From Planctomycetota bacterium (GTDB lineage: Bacteria > Planctomycetota > MHYJ01 > WSZJ01), in contig JBBTCT010000002.1 in the NCBI GenBank assembly GCA_038060895.1, positions 64,001 to 128,000 of the forward strand: 64,000 nucleotides of DNA. Reading direction: 5' to 3'. Below the pieces are notes generated by a model, which was not told where the DNA came from, did no database searches, and was given only the letters and a program-made list of their open reading frames with translations. Every line of letters starts with the position of its first letter. Position 1 is the first letter of the stretch. Shown piece after piece: positions 29,351-38,127 of the stretch. A program made the position numbers and the translations under genes.

Positions 29351-30052
29351 CTACACCCGCACTGCCTCCGCCATCATCCTCTCCAGAAACCCCATCAGCG
29401 GCGCCGGGTCCGCCAGGCTTTGCAGCGCCAGGTCCGGACCGCACGCCCGCAACTCTTCCATCCGGTGACCCCCCGTCGCCACTGCCACCGCCTTCGCCCC
29501 ATGCGCCCGCGCACAAGCCACGTCGCGCGTCGTGTCGCCGATGACGATCGTGCGATGCGGATGGAACTCGCGGCCCCGCTCGCGAAAGCGCCGAAGCGCG
29601 TGCGGCAGGAGCTTGTTGCGGTCCTCGTCGTCGCTGCCGTACGCGCCGGTCGCGAAGTAGTGCCAGATCCCGGCCGCCCGGAGCTTCGTCTCGGCGCCGT
29701 GGTCGAAGTTTCCCGTGAGCAGGCCCGAGCCGATGTCGTCGCGTTTGGAGAGGACGTCGAGAAGGGCGGGCAGCCCGGGTTTGAGAGTGATCTTCGAAGT
29801 GGCGAGCCGTCCCGGAAGTGCCTTCCTGTACTCCCGGTCGAACTTCTCCATCGCCGTCGGAAACGCTTCCGAGATCCGATGCCGTTCGTATCCCTGTCGA
29901 AAGATCCACGGGTCCGTGCACCCGGACATCGCGACGTCTTCAAAGGCGTCCGGGATTCCGAAGCACGCCTGGAAGGCATCGTTCATCGCCTTCGTTCCGG
30001 CGCCTTGTGACGACATCAGCGTTCCGTCGATGTCCCAGAGGATGCAAAGCAT
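29351..30052 (-). CDS. HAD family hydrolase
   Basis: WDIDGTL, LLTGN, VIGDTTRD. Confidence 0.9.
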   Translation of the reverse strand: MLCILWDIDGTLMSSQGAGTKAMNDAFQACFGIPDAFEDVAMSGCTDPWIFRQGYERHRISEAFPTAMEKFDREYRKALPGRLATSKITLKPGLPALLDVLSKRDDIGSGLLTGNFDHGAETKLRAAGIWHYFATGAYGSDDEDRNKLLPHALRRFRERGREFHPHRTIVIGDTTRDVACARAHGAKAVAVATGGHRMEELRACGPDLALQSLADPAPLMGFLERMMAEAVRV

Positions 30053-30083
30053 GGGAGGGGTCCGAAGTGGAGGATGCGGCGAT

Positions 30084-30715
30084 GGGGTCGAAGGTCTAAG
30101 GTCGAAAGTCGAAGGTCGAAAGACCATGTTAGGGAGGGGTGGTCGGCGTCACAAGTCGCTCTCTGAAAAACATTGGGAGTATATTGACTTGTAAACATCA
30201 AAAGCGATATTAGATATACATCCTATACGAGGAGGGCGCGATGCAGAACTTCAGGAATCTTGTTGTCTGGCAGCGGGCGCATGAGCTTGTTCTCGAGGTC
30301 TACAGAAGCTCCGCGCGTTTCCCGACGGAGGAACGGTTCGGAGTGACGTCGCAGCTTCGAAGAGCATCCGTTTCTGTGCCGGCGAACATTGCCGAAGGCG
30401 CCAGGCGGCGATCTGGAAAGGACTACGCGCACTTCCTCAACATCGCCCAGGCATCCTTGGCGGAGGTTGAGTACCTGCTCCTCCTGTCGCGGGATCTGGG
30501 GTATCTCCAAGTCCCCACGCATCAGGAACTGGAGGCCCGGATGCGACCTGTCGCAGGCATGCTGGAGGCCCTTAGGCGTCGTGTAGAAGCCTCGCGAACG
30601 GACCATCTGGGCCGCGTCTCAGTATTCATCCTGGCCGGCCTAAGCTTGGCCGCGTCAGCCGCCCTACTCTTCACCGTCTGAAGCCCTAAACCTTCGACCT
30701 TAGACCTTCGACCCC
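30084..30715. mobile_element. Putative cassette: four-helix-bundle gene inside 23-bp perfect heptamer-based inverted repeats
   Basis: GGGGTCGAAGGTCTAAGGTCGAA at 30084-30106, reverse complement at 30693-30715; AT-rich interior; mobility is inference. Confidence 0.45.
30241..30681 (+). CDS. Four helix bundle protein (23S rRNA IVS / Avd-like family)
   Basis: FRNLVVWQRA..FP.EERFG.TSQLRRASVSVPANIAEG..FLNIA.ASL.E; GGAGG RBS. Confidence 0.93.
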   Translation: MQNFRNLVVWQRAHELVLEVYRSSARFPTEERFGVTSQLRRASVSVPANIAEGARRRSGKDYAHFLNIAQASLAEVEYLLLLSRDLGYLQVPTHQELEARMRPVAGMLEALRRRVEASRTDHLGRVSVFILAGLSLAASAALLFTV

Positions 30716-30744
30716 GCCACCCACACCGCACTCCAACCGCCCCC

Positions 30745-32436
30745 CTACCGCTTCACGTACATCCCACCGCTTTCATCGGCGAGCCGCTGCATCAGCTTTT
30801 CGTCATGGTCTCCGATGCCGACGCAGTGGACCCGGATCTTGCGGACCGTGTTCCACACCTTGACCTTGTCCGCGATGACCGTCGGGTCGACCGATTTGCC
30901 GATCGTGGGCTTTCCGTCGGTCATGAACAAAATCGTGTCCACGCTCACCTTGTAGTTCTCGTCGACCTGCATCTTGGCGCCGCCGGCGAGCTCGAAGGCT
31001 TTTTCGAGGGCGTCGTAGATGTTCGTGGCTTCCTGCGGTTCGAGCTTCTCTGCAAACTGCTGCGCCTGGACCTTCGTCGGCTTGGTCGCTACGAGCATCT
31101 TCGCTGGGGAGTAGACCTTCACGTCTGAAGAGAACGTGATGATGTTGAAACGCGCGTCCTCAGGCAGCCCGCCGATCGCTTTCGAGAGTTCCCAACGGGC
31201 GATGTCGATCTTTCGCTTTCCCTTGGGCCCCTGGCCCGCCGGCGCGCCGCTGTCAGCGTTGGGCACGTACTTGGCCGGCTCCGCCATGCTGCCGGAGACG
31301 TCCACGACGAAGACGAGGTTCTTGGATTTCGTGCGGATGCCGTAGAACTCGACGGTCGTGCCGCCCGGTGCCGGATCGGCGGGAGGATTCGGCGCCGGGT
31401 CCGGCGGCTTCGGCGGGTCGGGCGGCTTGAGACCGCCGCCGCCGACATCTTTGCCATCGTCCTTGCCGCCGGCGTCCTTGCCTCCGTCCTTGGGATCTTC
31501 CTTCTTCGGCTCTTCCTTCTTGACCAGCTCGCCGCTTTCCCACTTCTCCTTGTTGATCTGCCACCAGCCCTTCCAGCCCAGCGCGTCCGCGTTGAACGTG
31601 AGCCCCGTCAGCTCCTTGAGCGCCTTGTCCAGGTCCTCCAGCAGCCGGCCGCTCTCCACTTCCATCCGCGCGATCAGCGGCCCGACCGTTTCGCGCAACT
31701 GCAGCACGCCCAGCGCCTCGCAAGCCGAAACGCGAACCTGCCAGCGCTCGTCTTCCAGCGCCTTCAGGATCAGGTCCTTGTGCTCCTTCGCGCCCCGCCG
31801 GCCCAACGCTTCGATCGCCGCGCCCCGCACCCGGCCGTCCTTCTCCGTCGCGACGGCCACGACCGCGGGCGTCACAAGCGCGTTGTCCGCCGGCGCATAC
31901 CCCAGCGCCCCCGCGACCGCCATCCGCGCACGCCAGTTCTTGTCCTTCAGGCCCTCTTCAACCAGCCACTTCACGGCATCCGCATCCCGCGTCTTCGTCA
32001 GCGCCTCGGCGACCGCGTGCGGCACCAGCAGGAGCGCGTTGCACTTCTCGTTCAGCGTGTCCATCTCGAGCTTCTTCTTCTCGAAGATGTCCGCTTCACT
32101 CTGCGCCACCATCCCCTTGCCCTGCCGCGCGAACTTGTTGATCCGCTCCACGGCCGCCAGGAACTCCGGCTCGAACTTGTCGCGCGCCGCCTCTGCCGAC
32201 TCCAGTGCCTTGTCCGGCATGTTGATCAGCAGCACCAGCAGCTTGACGCCGTCAACGCAATTCGCCGCCCCCACCGCCTGCGCCGCTTTCACACGCGCAT
32301 CCCCGTCCGTCGTCGAAAAGGCCCGGCGGGCTTCGCCTTCGATCTGTTTCCACTCGGCGGGCGTGGGCTTTGCGAAAAGCGGAAGCGCCAGAAGTGAGGT
32401 CAGCGCGAAACGGAAAGCCGCCTTGCGAAGCGACAT
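30745..32436 (-). CDS. Secreted HEAT-repeat + VWA protein
   Basis: Signal peptide, HEAT repeats (WQVRVSACEALG), Pro/Gly linker, DVSGSM, MTDG. Confidence 0.85.
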   Translation of the reverse strand: MSLRKAAFRFALTSLLALPLFAKPTPAEWKQIEGEARRAFSTTDGDARVKAAQAVGAANCVDGVKLLVLLINMPDKALESAEAARDKFEPEFLAAVERINKFARQGKGMVAQSEADIFEKKKLEMDTLNEKCNALLLVPHAVAEALTKTRDADAVKWLVEEGLKDKNWRARMAVAGALGYAPADNALVTPAVVAVATEKDGRVRGAAIEALGRRGAKEHKDLILKALEDERWQVRVSACEALGVLQLRETVGPLIARMEVESGRLLEDLDKALKELTGLTFNADALGWKGWWQINKEKWESGELVKKEEPKKEDPKDGGKDAGGKDDGKDVGGGGLKPPDPPKPPDPAPNPPADPAPGGTTVEFYGIRTKSKNLVFVVDVSGSMAEPAKYVPNADSGAPAGQGPKGKRKIDIARWELSKAIGGLPEDARFNIITFSSDVKVYSPAKMLVATKPTKVQAQQFAEKLEPQEATNIYDALEKAFELAGGAKMQVDENYKVSVDTILFMTDGKPTIGKSVDPTVIADKVKVWNTVRKIRVHCVGIGDHDEKLMQRLADESGGMYVKR

Positions 32437-32823
32437 GAAGACCTCCGGAAAGAAGGTGGGGGGAGGGTGGATCGTAGAACCGGGCGGGGGTGCAAGAGAA
32501 GGGTTATTCGGAGCGTACCTCCCCGTCCGTCCGTTCCACCGTCCCGGCAACCGAGGCCTTGCGCGCTTCCAGCCGGCTGCCCACAGTCTGCGTCCGGCTG
32601 TGGATCGGCGGCATGTCGTTGCCGAGAATCGGGTAGAACGCGAATGTCGGTCCGGCGGCGGGCTGGGAGTTCACGCCGGAATCGTAGCGCGCGGTCGGAA
32701 GCGCGGCGCGACTTGCGGACCGCCATCCCGTTTGTGGCCTTCCACGGGTCCGGTCGATACGCTTCCCCCCGGAGTTTCCCCGAGGTGCCGTCTGGTTCCC
32801 TCTCCCACTTTTGGAGTCTCTCG

Positions 32824-33675
32824 ATGCGTGTCGTCCTCTTCTTCGATGGCAAGAACTTCTACGCGGGCTGGAAGGATCAGGCGCACGGGCGGGACGTGGA
32901 TTTCAAGAAGCTGTCGCAGTGGGTGGTGAGGGCGGTGGGTGGGTCGCACCTCATGGGGGCGTACTACTACACCGGGGTGGACGACGCGATTCCCCGGACG
33001 CCCGGGCAGGAGAAGCTCGACGGGTTTCTCGACATGCTGGCGCAGCAGCCGGGATTCTTCGTGCAGCGCTTCTCGCAGCGGAACCGGACGCACGTGTGTT
33101 CGCAGTGCCAGGCGCCGCACACGTTTTCGCAGGAGAAGGAAGTCGACACGACGATCGTTGCGGACATGCTGCGGCTCGGGGCGGTCGGCGGGTTCGACAT
33201 CGCGGTGCTCGTGTCGGGCGACGCGGACCTGACGCCGGCGGTCGAGGGCGTGCGCGCGCTTGGAAAACAGGTCTACGTCGCGAGCTGGGGGCAGTCCGGG
33301 CTGTCGTCGCGCATCCGGCGCGCGGCGTTCGATCACGTCGATCTGATGCAGGGGCTTCCCGAATTCGCGCGCGGCTTCGGGGACTTCCCGCAGGCGGAGC
33401 ACGGCCATCATTTCGGCTCGTCCGCTCCCGCCGCACAGGCCTCGCATGACCCTGAGTCTTACGTGCAGGCCAGCTACGACGAGCTCAAGCGTGCCCAGGC
33501 CACCATGCCGGGCGGCTACATCGGCGCGCACTTCTTCGTCACGAAGTGGCGCAGCAGCGTCCTGCCGGAGATGGTCGATCTGCGCCGCCGCGCGCTGGAC
33601 CTGCTGGTCGAGCGCGGGCAGGCGGAGGTGTATCTGACGGACGACGGGATTCAGGCGGTGAGGTTGAAGGCGTAG
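32824..33675 (+). CDS. NYN (LabA/DUF88) domain protein
   Basis: FFDGKN, EKEVDT, LVSGDADL; CSQC insert. Confidence 0.9.
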   Translation: MRVVLFFDGKNFYAGWKDQAHGRDVDFKKLSQWVVRAVGGSHLMGAYYYTGVDDAIPRTPGQEKLDGFLDMLAQQPGFFVQRFSQRNRTHVCSQCQAPHTFSQEKEVDTTIVADMLRLGAVGGFDIAVLVSGDADLTPAVEGVRALGKQVYVASWGQSGLSSRIRRAAFDHVDLMQGLPEFARGFGDFPQAEHGHHFGSSAPAAQASHDPESYVQASYDELKRAQATMPGGYIGAHFFVTKWRSSVLPEMVDLRRRALDLLVERGQAEVYLTDDGIQAVRLKA

Positions 33676-33712
33676 GCCTGGGTTTGAGATCGGTGGTCGG
33701 GGCAAGGAGTGC

Positions 33713-33792
33713 AGTGGGTAGGGGGTAGTTGGTAGGGGGTAGGAATGCCTCCTTTTGCAACGGTCGTTCCTACCCCCTACCTCCTACCCACT
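33713..33792. repeat. Inverted heptamer arrays (GGGGGTA)n / (TACCCCC)n
   Basis: 4 units at 33714-33741 facing 3 complementary units at 33771-33791. Confidence 0.85.
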
Positions 33793-33808
33793 CCCTCGAG
33801 GTGAGACG

Positions 33809-34018
33809 CTACGGGCCTGGCGGACTTGGCGAGTGAGGGCCGGAGTTACTTCCCAGGCGGTGCGGCGAACGGATCCCGGAGTTGATCTTCTCAAACGACC
33901 GCGTCATGCCGATCGCAGGACCCAGGATTACCGTAGCAATGGCTGCGAGGACCAGGATTCTTCCAACGAGGATCCCGGTTTTGAGGCGGCCCCGGCGTTT
34001 TGGATCTTCTATTTCCAC
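33809..34018 (-). CDS. Small hypothetical membrane protein
   Basis: Single hydrophobic helix; short ORF. Confidence 0.35.
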   Translation of the reverse strand: MEIEDPKRRGRLKTGILVGRILVLAAIATVILGPAIGMTRSFEKINSGIRSPHRLGSNSGPHSPSPPGP

Positions 34019-34049
34019 CGGGCCAGACTACCAGACTGAAAGGGACCGC

Positions 34050-34454
34050 TCACTTTTCCAGCGGCGGTGCGGTAGACAGGTATCCCTTCGCCGCGTCACG
34101 CGCTTCGTCGCGTTCCTTGAGAAGCCGCTCAAGAGATGCCACGAATGTGGCTTCGACTTCAATTTCGCCGAGGCGTCGCGGCGCGTGCGAGTCGGCGGCG
34201 TCCGCTTTCGGCTCGGCGTAGCGGGCCGCTTCCGGGACGAAGCAGTTGAGCCGGTCGTCTTCGACGTTGAACGAGATGTTCGCGTCCGGCAGGTGAATCT
34301 CGCGGATCCAGTGGCCGCCGCCGTGGATCATGTCCATCGCGCCCTCGACGACCCAGACCTGGTAGACGACGGCGCGGTCCTTTTTCTCCGGCTCGCTGCC
34401 CGCGAGGAGAGGAAACATGAGGCATAGGAAGAGAATTCCGGGAAATCGAGGCAT
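34050..34454 (-). CDS. Hypothetical secreted protein
   Basis: Signal peptide; GGAGG RBS. Confidence 0.65.
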   Translation of the reverse strand: MPRFPGILFLCLMFPLLAGSEPEKKDRAVVYQVWVVEGAMDMIHGGGHWIREIHLPDANISFNVEDDRLNCFVPEAARYAEPKADAADSHAPRRLGEIEVEATFVASLERLLKERDEARDAAKGYLSTAPPLEK

Positions 34455-34676
34455 TCGGACCTCCAGCGAGGGTTGGCGTTGGGGGGGCGAGTCTGTGGAG
34501 GAGACGTCTGCGGTGCGAGGAATTGCAGTCTCAAATTGACAGTACGCGATGCGACATCTGCGCGTGTCTGCGTCGATCGCGTTTTATCTGCGCGACGCAT
34601 TTCCGTTTACTCACGTGTCTTGCGAGTGCCGGAGCGCATGCCCTCCGTCACGCTGCGCAGGCAGGTGCAGACAGAA

Positions 34677-35555
34677 TCACGCTTCCAGCATCACCACCCG
34701 CAGCGTCCTGAATACAAACTCCTCGAAATCCGCGTTCGACGCCGCAAACGCGCACGCCATCGCGTGCTTCGTGCACCAGCTTTCGACTTCCTTCTTGAAG
34801 CCCTCGACGCGGGCGCGGTAGGCGCGCACGACGGTCGCATTGAGCGAGAGGTCCACGGCGGTGCCGGTCTCCGCGTCGATGTACCTCACGTCGTCGGCAT
34901 CCTGCGGGTCGAGCTCCTCCGGCGCGAGGATGTGGATGACGGCGGGCTGGAAGCCGCCGTGGGCGAGCTGCGCCAGCGGCTTTTCCCAGCCCGCGGGATC
35001 GAGAAAATCCGTCAGGACGAAGACCGGGCCGCGGCGCGGGTTCCGCGCGAGGAAACTCTTCACCGTCCCCGTGAGCGACGTCTGGCCCGAGGGCTCCAGT
35101 CCTTCCAGGAACTTCAGCAGCTTGAAAATGTTCGCCTTGCCCCGCTCCGGGCCCAGCTTTTCTCCCTGCTCCGCCGCGTACGGCACGATCGTCACGCGGT
35201 CCAGGTTCGCGAGGCCGATGTAGGCGAGCGCCGCGGCACAGCGTTTCGCGAACTCGAGCTTCGGCGGATTGCCGAAGCCCATCGAAGCGCTGGTATCGAC
35301 CAGGAAATGCACGCTCAGGTCCTCTTCCTCGACGTAGAGCTTGAGAAACAGCCGGTCCATGCGCGCCGCAGCGTTCCAGTCGATGTAGCGCGGGTCGTCG
35401 CCCGCAACGTACTCGCGGTAGTCGGCGAACTCCACCGAGATGCCGCGCTTCGTCGAGCGCCGCTCCCCCTGCATGCGGCCGGCGAAGGCGCGGCGGACGC
35501 GGATGGCGAGGCGCTCGAGGCGGCGGATGAAGGGTGGGGAGAGGAGGTCGCTCAC
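34677..35555 (-). CDS. DUF58 family protein
   Basis: EFADYREYVAGDDPRYIDWN, DTSASM. Confidence 0.93.
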   Translation of the reverse strand: MSDLLSPPFIRRLERLAIRVRRAFAGRMQGERRSTKRGISVEFADYREYVAGDDPRYIDWNAAARMDRLFLKLYVEEEDLSVHFLVDTSASMGFGNPPKLEFAKRCAAALAYIGLANLDRVTIVPYAAEQGEKLGPERGKANIFKLLKFLEGLEPSGQTSLTGTVKSFLARNPRRGPVFVLTDFLDPAGWEKPLAQLAHGGFQPAVIHILAPEELDPQDADDVRYIDAETGTAVDLSLNATVVRAYRARVEGFKKEVESWCTKHAMACAFAASNADFEEFVFRTLRVVMLEA

Positions 35556-37207
35556 GAAGCGCTCACCGAGGGCGCGGGTTCTTCCGCGGGGGGATCGGGA
35601 GCGACGACGGGGCCGCGCGGGAACGCCGTATCCGCCGCTTCGATGGCGTCGCGGTTTGCCCTTTCGCGCTGGAAATCGGCGGCGAACCCGACGATGGCCA
35701 TGAGGCCCCCGAGGCCGGCGTGGAAGATGATGAACGGCCAGTAAACGGCGCGGTGGAAACCGATTTCGGGCATCGGGTAGCCGCCGGAGCCCGGCGTGCC
35801 CGGCCAGGAGACGGCGAAGAAGACTTTGTAGAGCAGCCAGGGGTAGCACATGTACCCCGGCGCGTCCCACTCCAGCCGGTCGTCGTAGGGGTAGCTCCCG
35901 TAGGCCGCATACTGCCAGACGGCGCTTCCGATCGGGATCGCCGCCAGCGTGAACGCCGCGAGGGCGCGGGCGAGGCCCTTGGGGATGGGGAGGGACGACA
36001 GCCAGAGGCAGAGACCGCAGGCGAAGACGATCTGCGACATCGCGATGGCGCCGGTGAGCCAGAGCGCGGCGTCGGGCTGGTCGGCGTCGGGGGCGAGCTT
36101 CGACGTCGCGATGGCGCCGCCGATCGCGAGCGCGAATGCCGTGGACACGAGGGCGAACGCGAGACCGCGGCGGCCGCCGGGGGCGAACAGATGCAGGGGG
36201 AGGAGAACGCCCTTGAGGCGGGCGAGTTGCTTGAAGAGCCTTTTCCCTTCAGGGACGGCGTCGGCGGCGAAGAAGGCGAAGAGGATGCCGGCGACCGACA
36301 CGAACATCCACCAGGTGTAGAGCGACAGGTAGCGCATTTCCACGTCGCGGATCCTGAAAAAGCTCGCGAAGTTCATGAGGGCGACGCCGGCCGCGATGGG
36401 GAGGAAGCAGAGCGCGAAGATTCGCAGCGCGGTGGTTTTGTTCGAGCCCCAGGGCTTCAGCCGGTTCACGGCCATGATGAACAGGAACGAGAACGGCGCA
36501 GCGAAGGCGTAGAGGGCGTCCAGGGTAAACAGGCCGGCGTGCTCCGAGACCGCTTCAATGATTTCGGTCAGGTCGTCGTGGCCGCGCATTGAGCTGTCGA
36601 TGACCTCGATGAGTCCGGCGCCGACGGGGAATCCGACCAGGAAGACGGGGATGTAGGACATGCCGACGGCGCGGGCGATCGATTGCGCCGTGGCACTTGC
36701 GTAGATCCCCCAGATGGCGATGAGGGCGGCGAAAAGGAACAGGCCGGCGTACGCGACGACCGGTTCCCAGCCTGAAAGGCCGCCGTACCAGATAGGGAGG
36801 GCCATGAGGGGGAGGCCGGCGAAGAGGTAGACCGCGACGTAGCCGAGCGCGGCCATGAGCTGTCCCCAGACGATCTGCCAGGGCCGGATGGTCGTGGTCA
36901 TGAGGAGCTCGAGCGTGGATTTGTCCTTCTCGCGCACGATGGACGTGCCGGCGAAGCCGGGGACGAGAAGCGCGATCAGCCCCGCCTGGATGGTGACGAG
37001 GATCCCGAACGTCGCCTGGCCGATCGTGTTTCCCGGCGCGCCTTCCTGCTCCATGCTGAAGGCGCAGGTCCAGAGGATGAAGAGCGCGATTGCGAGAGCG
37101 GCGGTGAAGAACAGGACGAAGCGCCACCCGCGGAACGTCGCGCGCAGCTCGCGGGTCTGGATCGGCCCGGCGGCCATTTCGTAGAGGAAGCTGGTGAAGC
37201 GGTTCAC
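35552..37207 (-). CDS. ABC-2 type permease
   Basis: IVREKDKSTLELL; multiple TM. Confidence 0.8.
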   Translation of the reverse strand: MNRFTSFLYEMAAGPIQTRELRATFRGWRFVLFFTAALAIALFILWTCAFSMEQEGAPGNTIGQATFGILVTIQAGLIALLVPGFAGTSIVREKDKSTLELLMTTTIRPWQIVWGQLMAALGYVAVYLFAGLPLMALPIWYGGLSGWEPVVAYAGLFLFAALIAIWGIYASATAQSIARAVGMSYIPVFLVGFPVGAGLIEVIDSSMRGHDDLTEIIEAVSEHAGLFTLDALYAFAAPFSFLFIMAVNRLKPWGSNKTTALRIFALCFLPIAAGVALMNFASFFRIRDVEMRYLSLYTWWMFVSVAGILFAFFAADAVPEGKRLFKQLARLKGVLLPLHLFAPGGRRGLAFALVSTAFALAIGGAIATSKLAPDADQPDAALWLTGAIAMSQIVFACGLCLWLSSLPIPKGLARALAAFTLAAIPIGSAVWQYAAYGSYPYDDRLEWDAPGYMCYPWLLYKVFFAVSWPGTPGSGGYPMPEIGFHRAVYWPFIIFHAGLGGLMAIVGFAADFQRERANRDAIEAADTAFPRGPVVAPDPPAEEPAPSVSAS

Positions 37208-38127
37208 TGGACCTCCCCGCGGGTGATCCGGAGGAAGAGGTCCTCGAGGTTTGCCTTTTCTTCCTCGAGCCCGAGGATCGGGATGCCGGCGACCGCGAGG
37301 GTGTGGACGATGCCCGCGATTTCCTGCTCATCGCCCATGTGCCGGAAGCGGACAGCTTTTTCCAGTGTCTCGACAACCTGGACGCTGGTGAACGCGGCGA
37401 GCGCCTCGACGGCTTTCGCAGGCTCGAAGGTCTTGAGCGCGAGCGTGCGGCCGGGATTCATGCGCTCGATGATCTTCTGGATGCTCCCCGCCGCGACGAG
37501 CGCGCCCTTCTCGAGAATCCCGACGCTCGAGCACATGTCGGCGAGCTCGGTGAGGATGTGGCTGGAGACGATGATCGTCTTTCCCATCGCGCCGAGCTCC
37601 TTGAGCAGGGCGCGCAGCTCGATCCGGGCGCGGGGGTCGAGCCCGGCGGCGGGCTCGTCGAGGATGAGGACCGCGGGATCGTGAAGAAGCGTCTTGGCGA
37701 GAATGAGCCGCTGGCGCATGCCCTTGGAGAGGCTCGTCGCCAGCTTGTAGCGCAGCCCGCCGAGATCGGTCAGCTCCATCACTCCTTCGATCGTGGATTT
37801 GCGCTTCGCCCGCGGCACGCCGTAGGTGCCCGCGAAGAAATCGAGGTATTCCCAGACGTCGATCCCCTCGTACACGCCGGAGTAGTCCGGCATGTAGCCG
37901 ATCATCCGGCGGACCTGTTCCGGGAACTCGAGGACGTTCATGCCGTCCACGCGCGCCATGCCGGTGGTGGGTTCGAGAAGCGTCGAGAGCACGCGCATCG
38001 TCGTGGTCTTTCCCGCTCCGTTGGGGCCGATGAAGCCGAAGATCTCCCCGCGCGGCACCGTGAAGGTGATGCCGTTCACGGCCGTGAAGGGGCCGAAAGT
38101 TTTGACGAGGTCGAGGACTTCGATCAT
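37204..38127 (-). CDS. ABC transporter ATP-binding protein
   Basis: GPNGAGKTT, LSKGM, ILDEP. Confidence 0.95.
   Translation of the reverse strand: MIEVLDLVKTFGPFTAVNGITFTVPRGEIFGFIGPNGAGKTTTMRVLSTLLEPTTGMARVDGMNVLEFPEQVRRMIGYMPDYSGVYEGIDVWEYLDFFAGTYGVPRAKRKSTIEGVMELTDLGGLRYKLATSLSKGMRQRLILAKTLLHDPAVLILDEPAAGLDPRARIELRALLKELGAMGKTIIVSSHILTELADMCSSVGILEKGALVAAGSIQKIIERMNPGRTLALKTFEPAKAVEALAAFTSVQVVETLEKAVRFRHMGDEQEIAGIVHTLAVAGIPILGLEEEKANLEDLFLRITRGEVQ

Noticed and set aside
30241-30681. Diversity-generating retroelement suggested by the Avd-like fold
   Set aside because: No reverse transcriptase and no TR/VR pair with adenine-specific mismatches seen in the window
31370-31520. Repetitive DNA in the HEAT-VWA gene
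   Set aside because: Encodes a Pro/Gly/Lys low-complexity linker, not a DNA element
32437-32823. About 390-bp intergenic region as riboswitch or ncRNA
   Set aside because: Only short GC-rich pairings expected by chance; no Rfam-like motif recognised (an Infernal scan would settle it)
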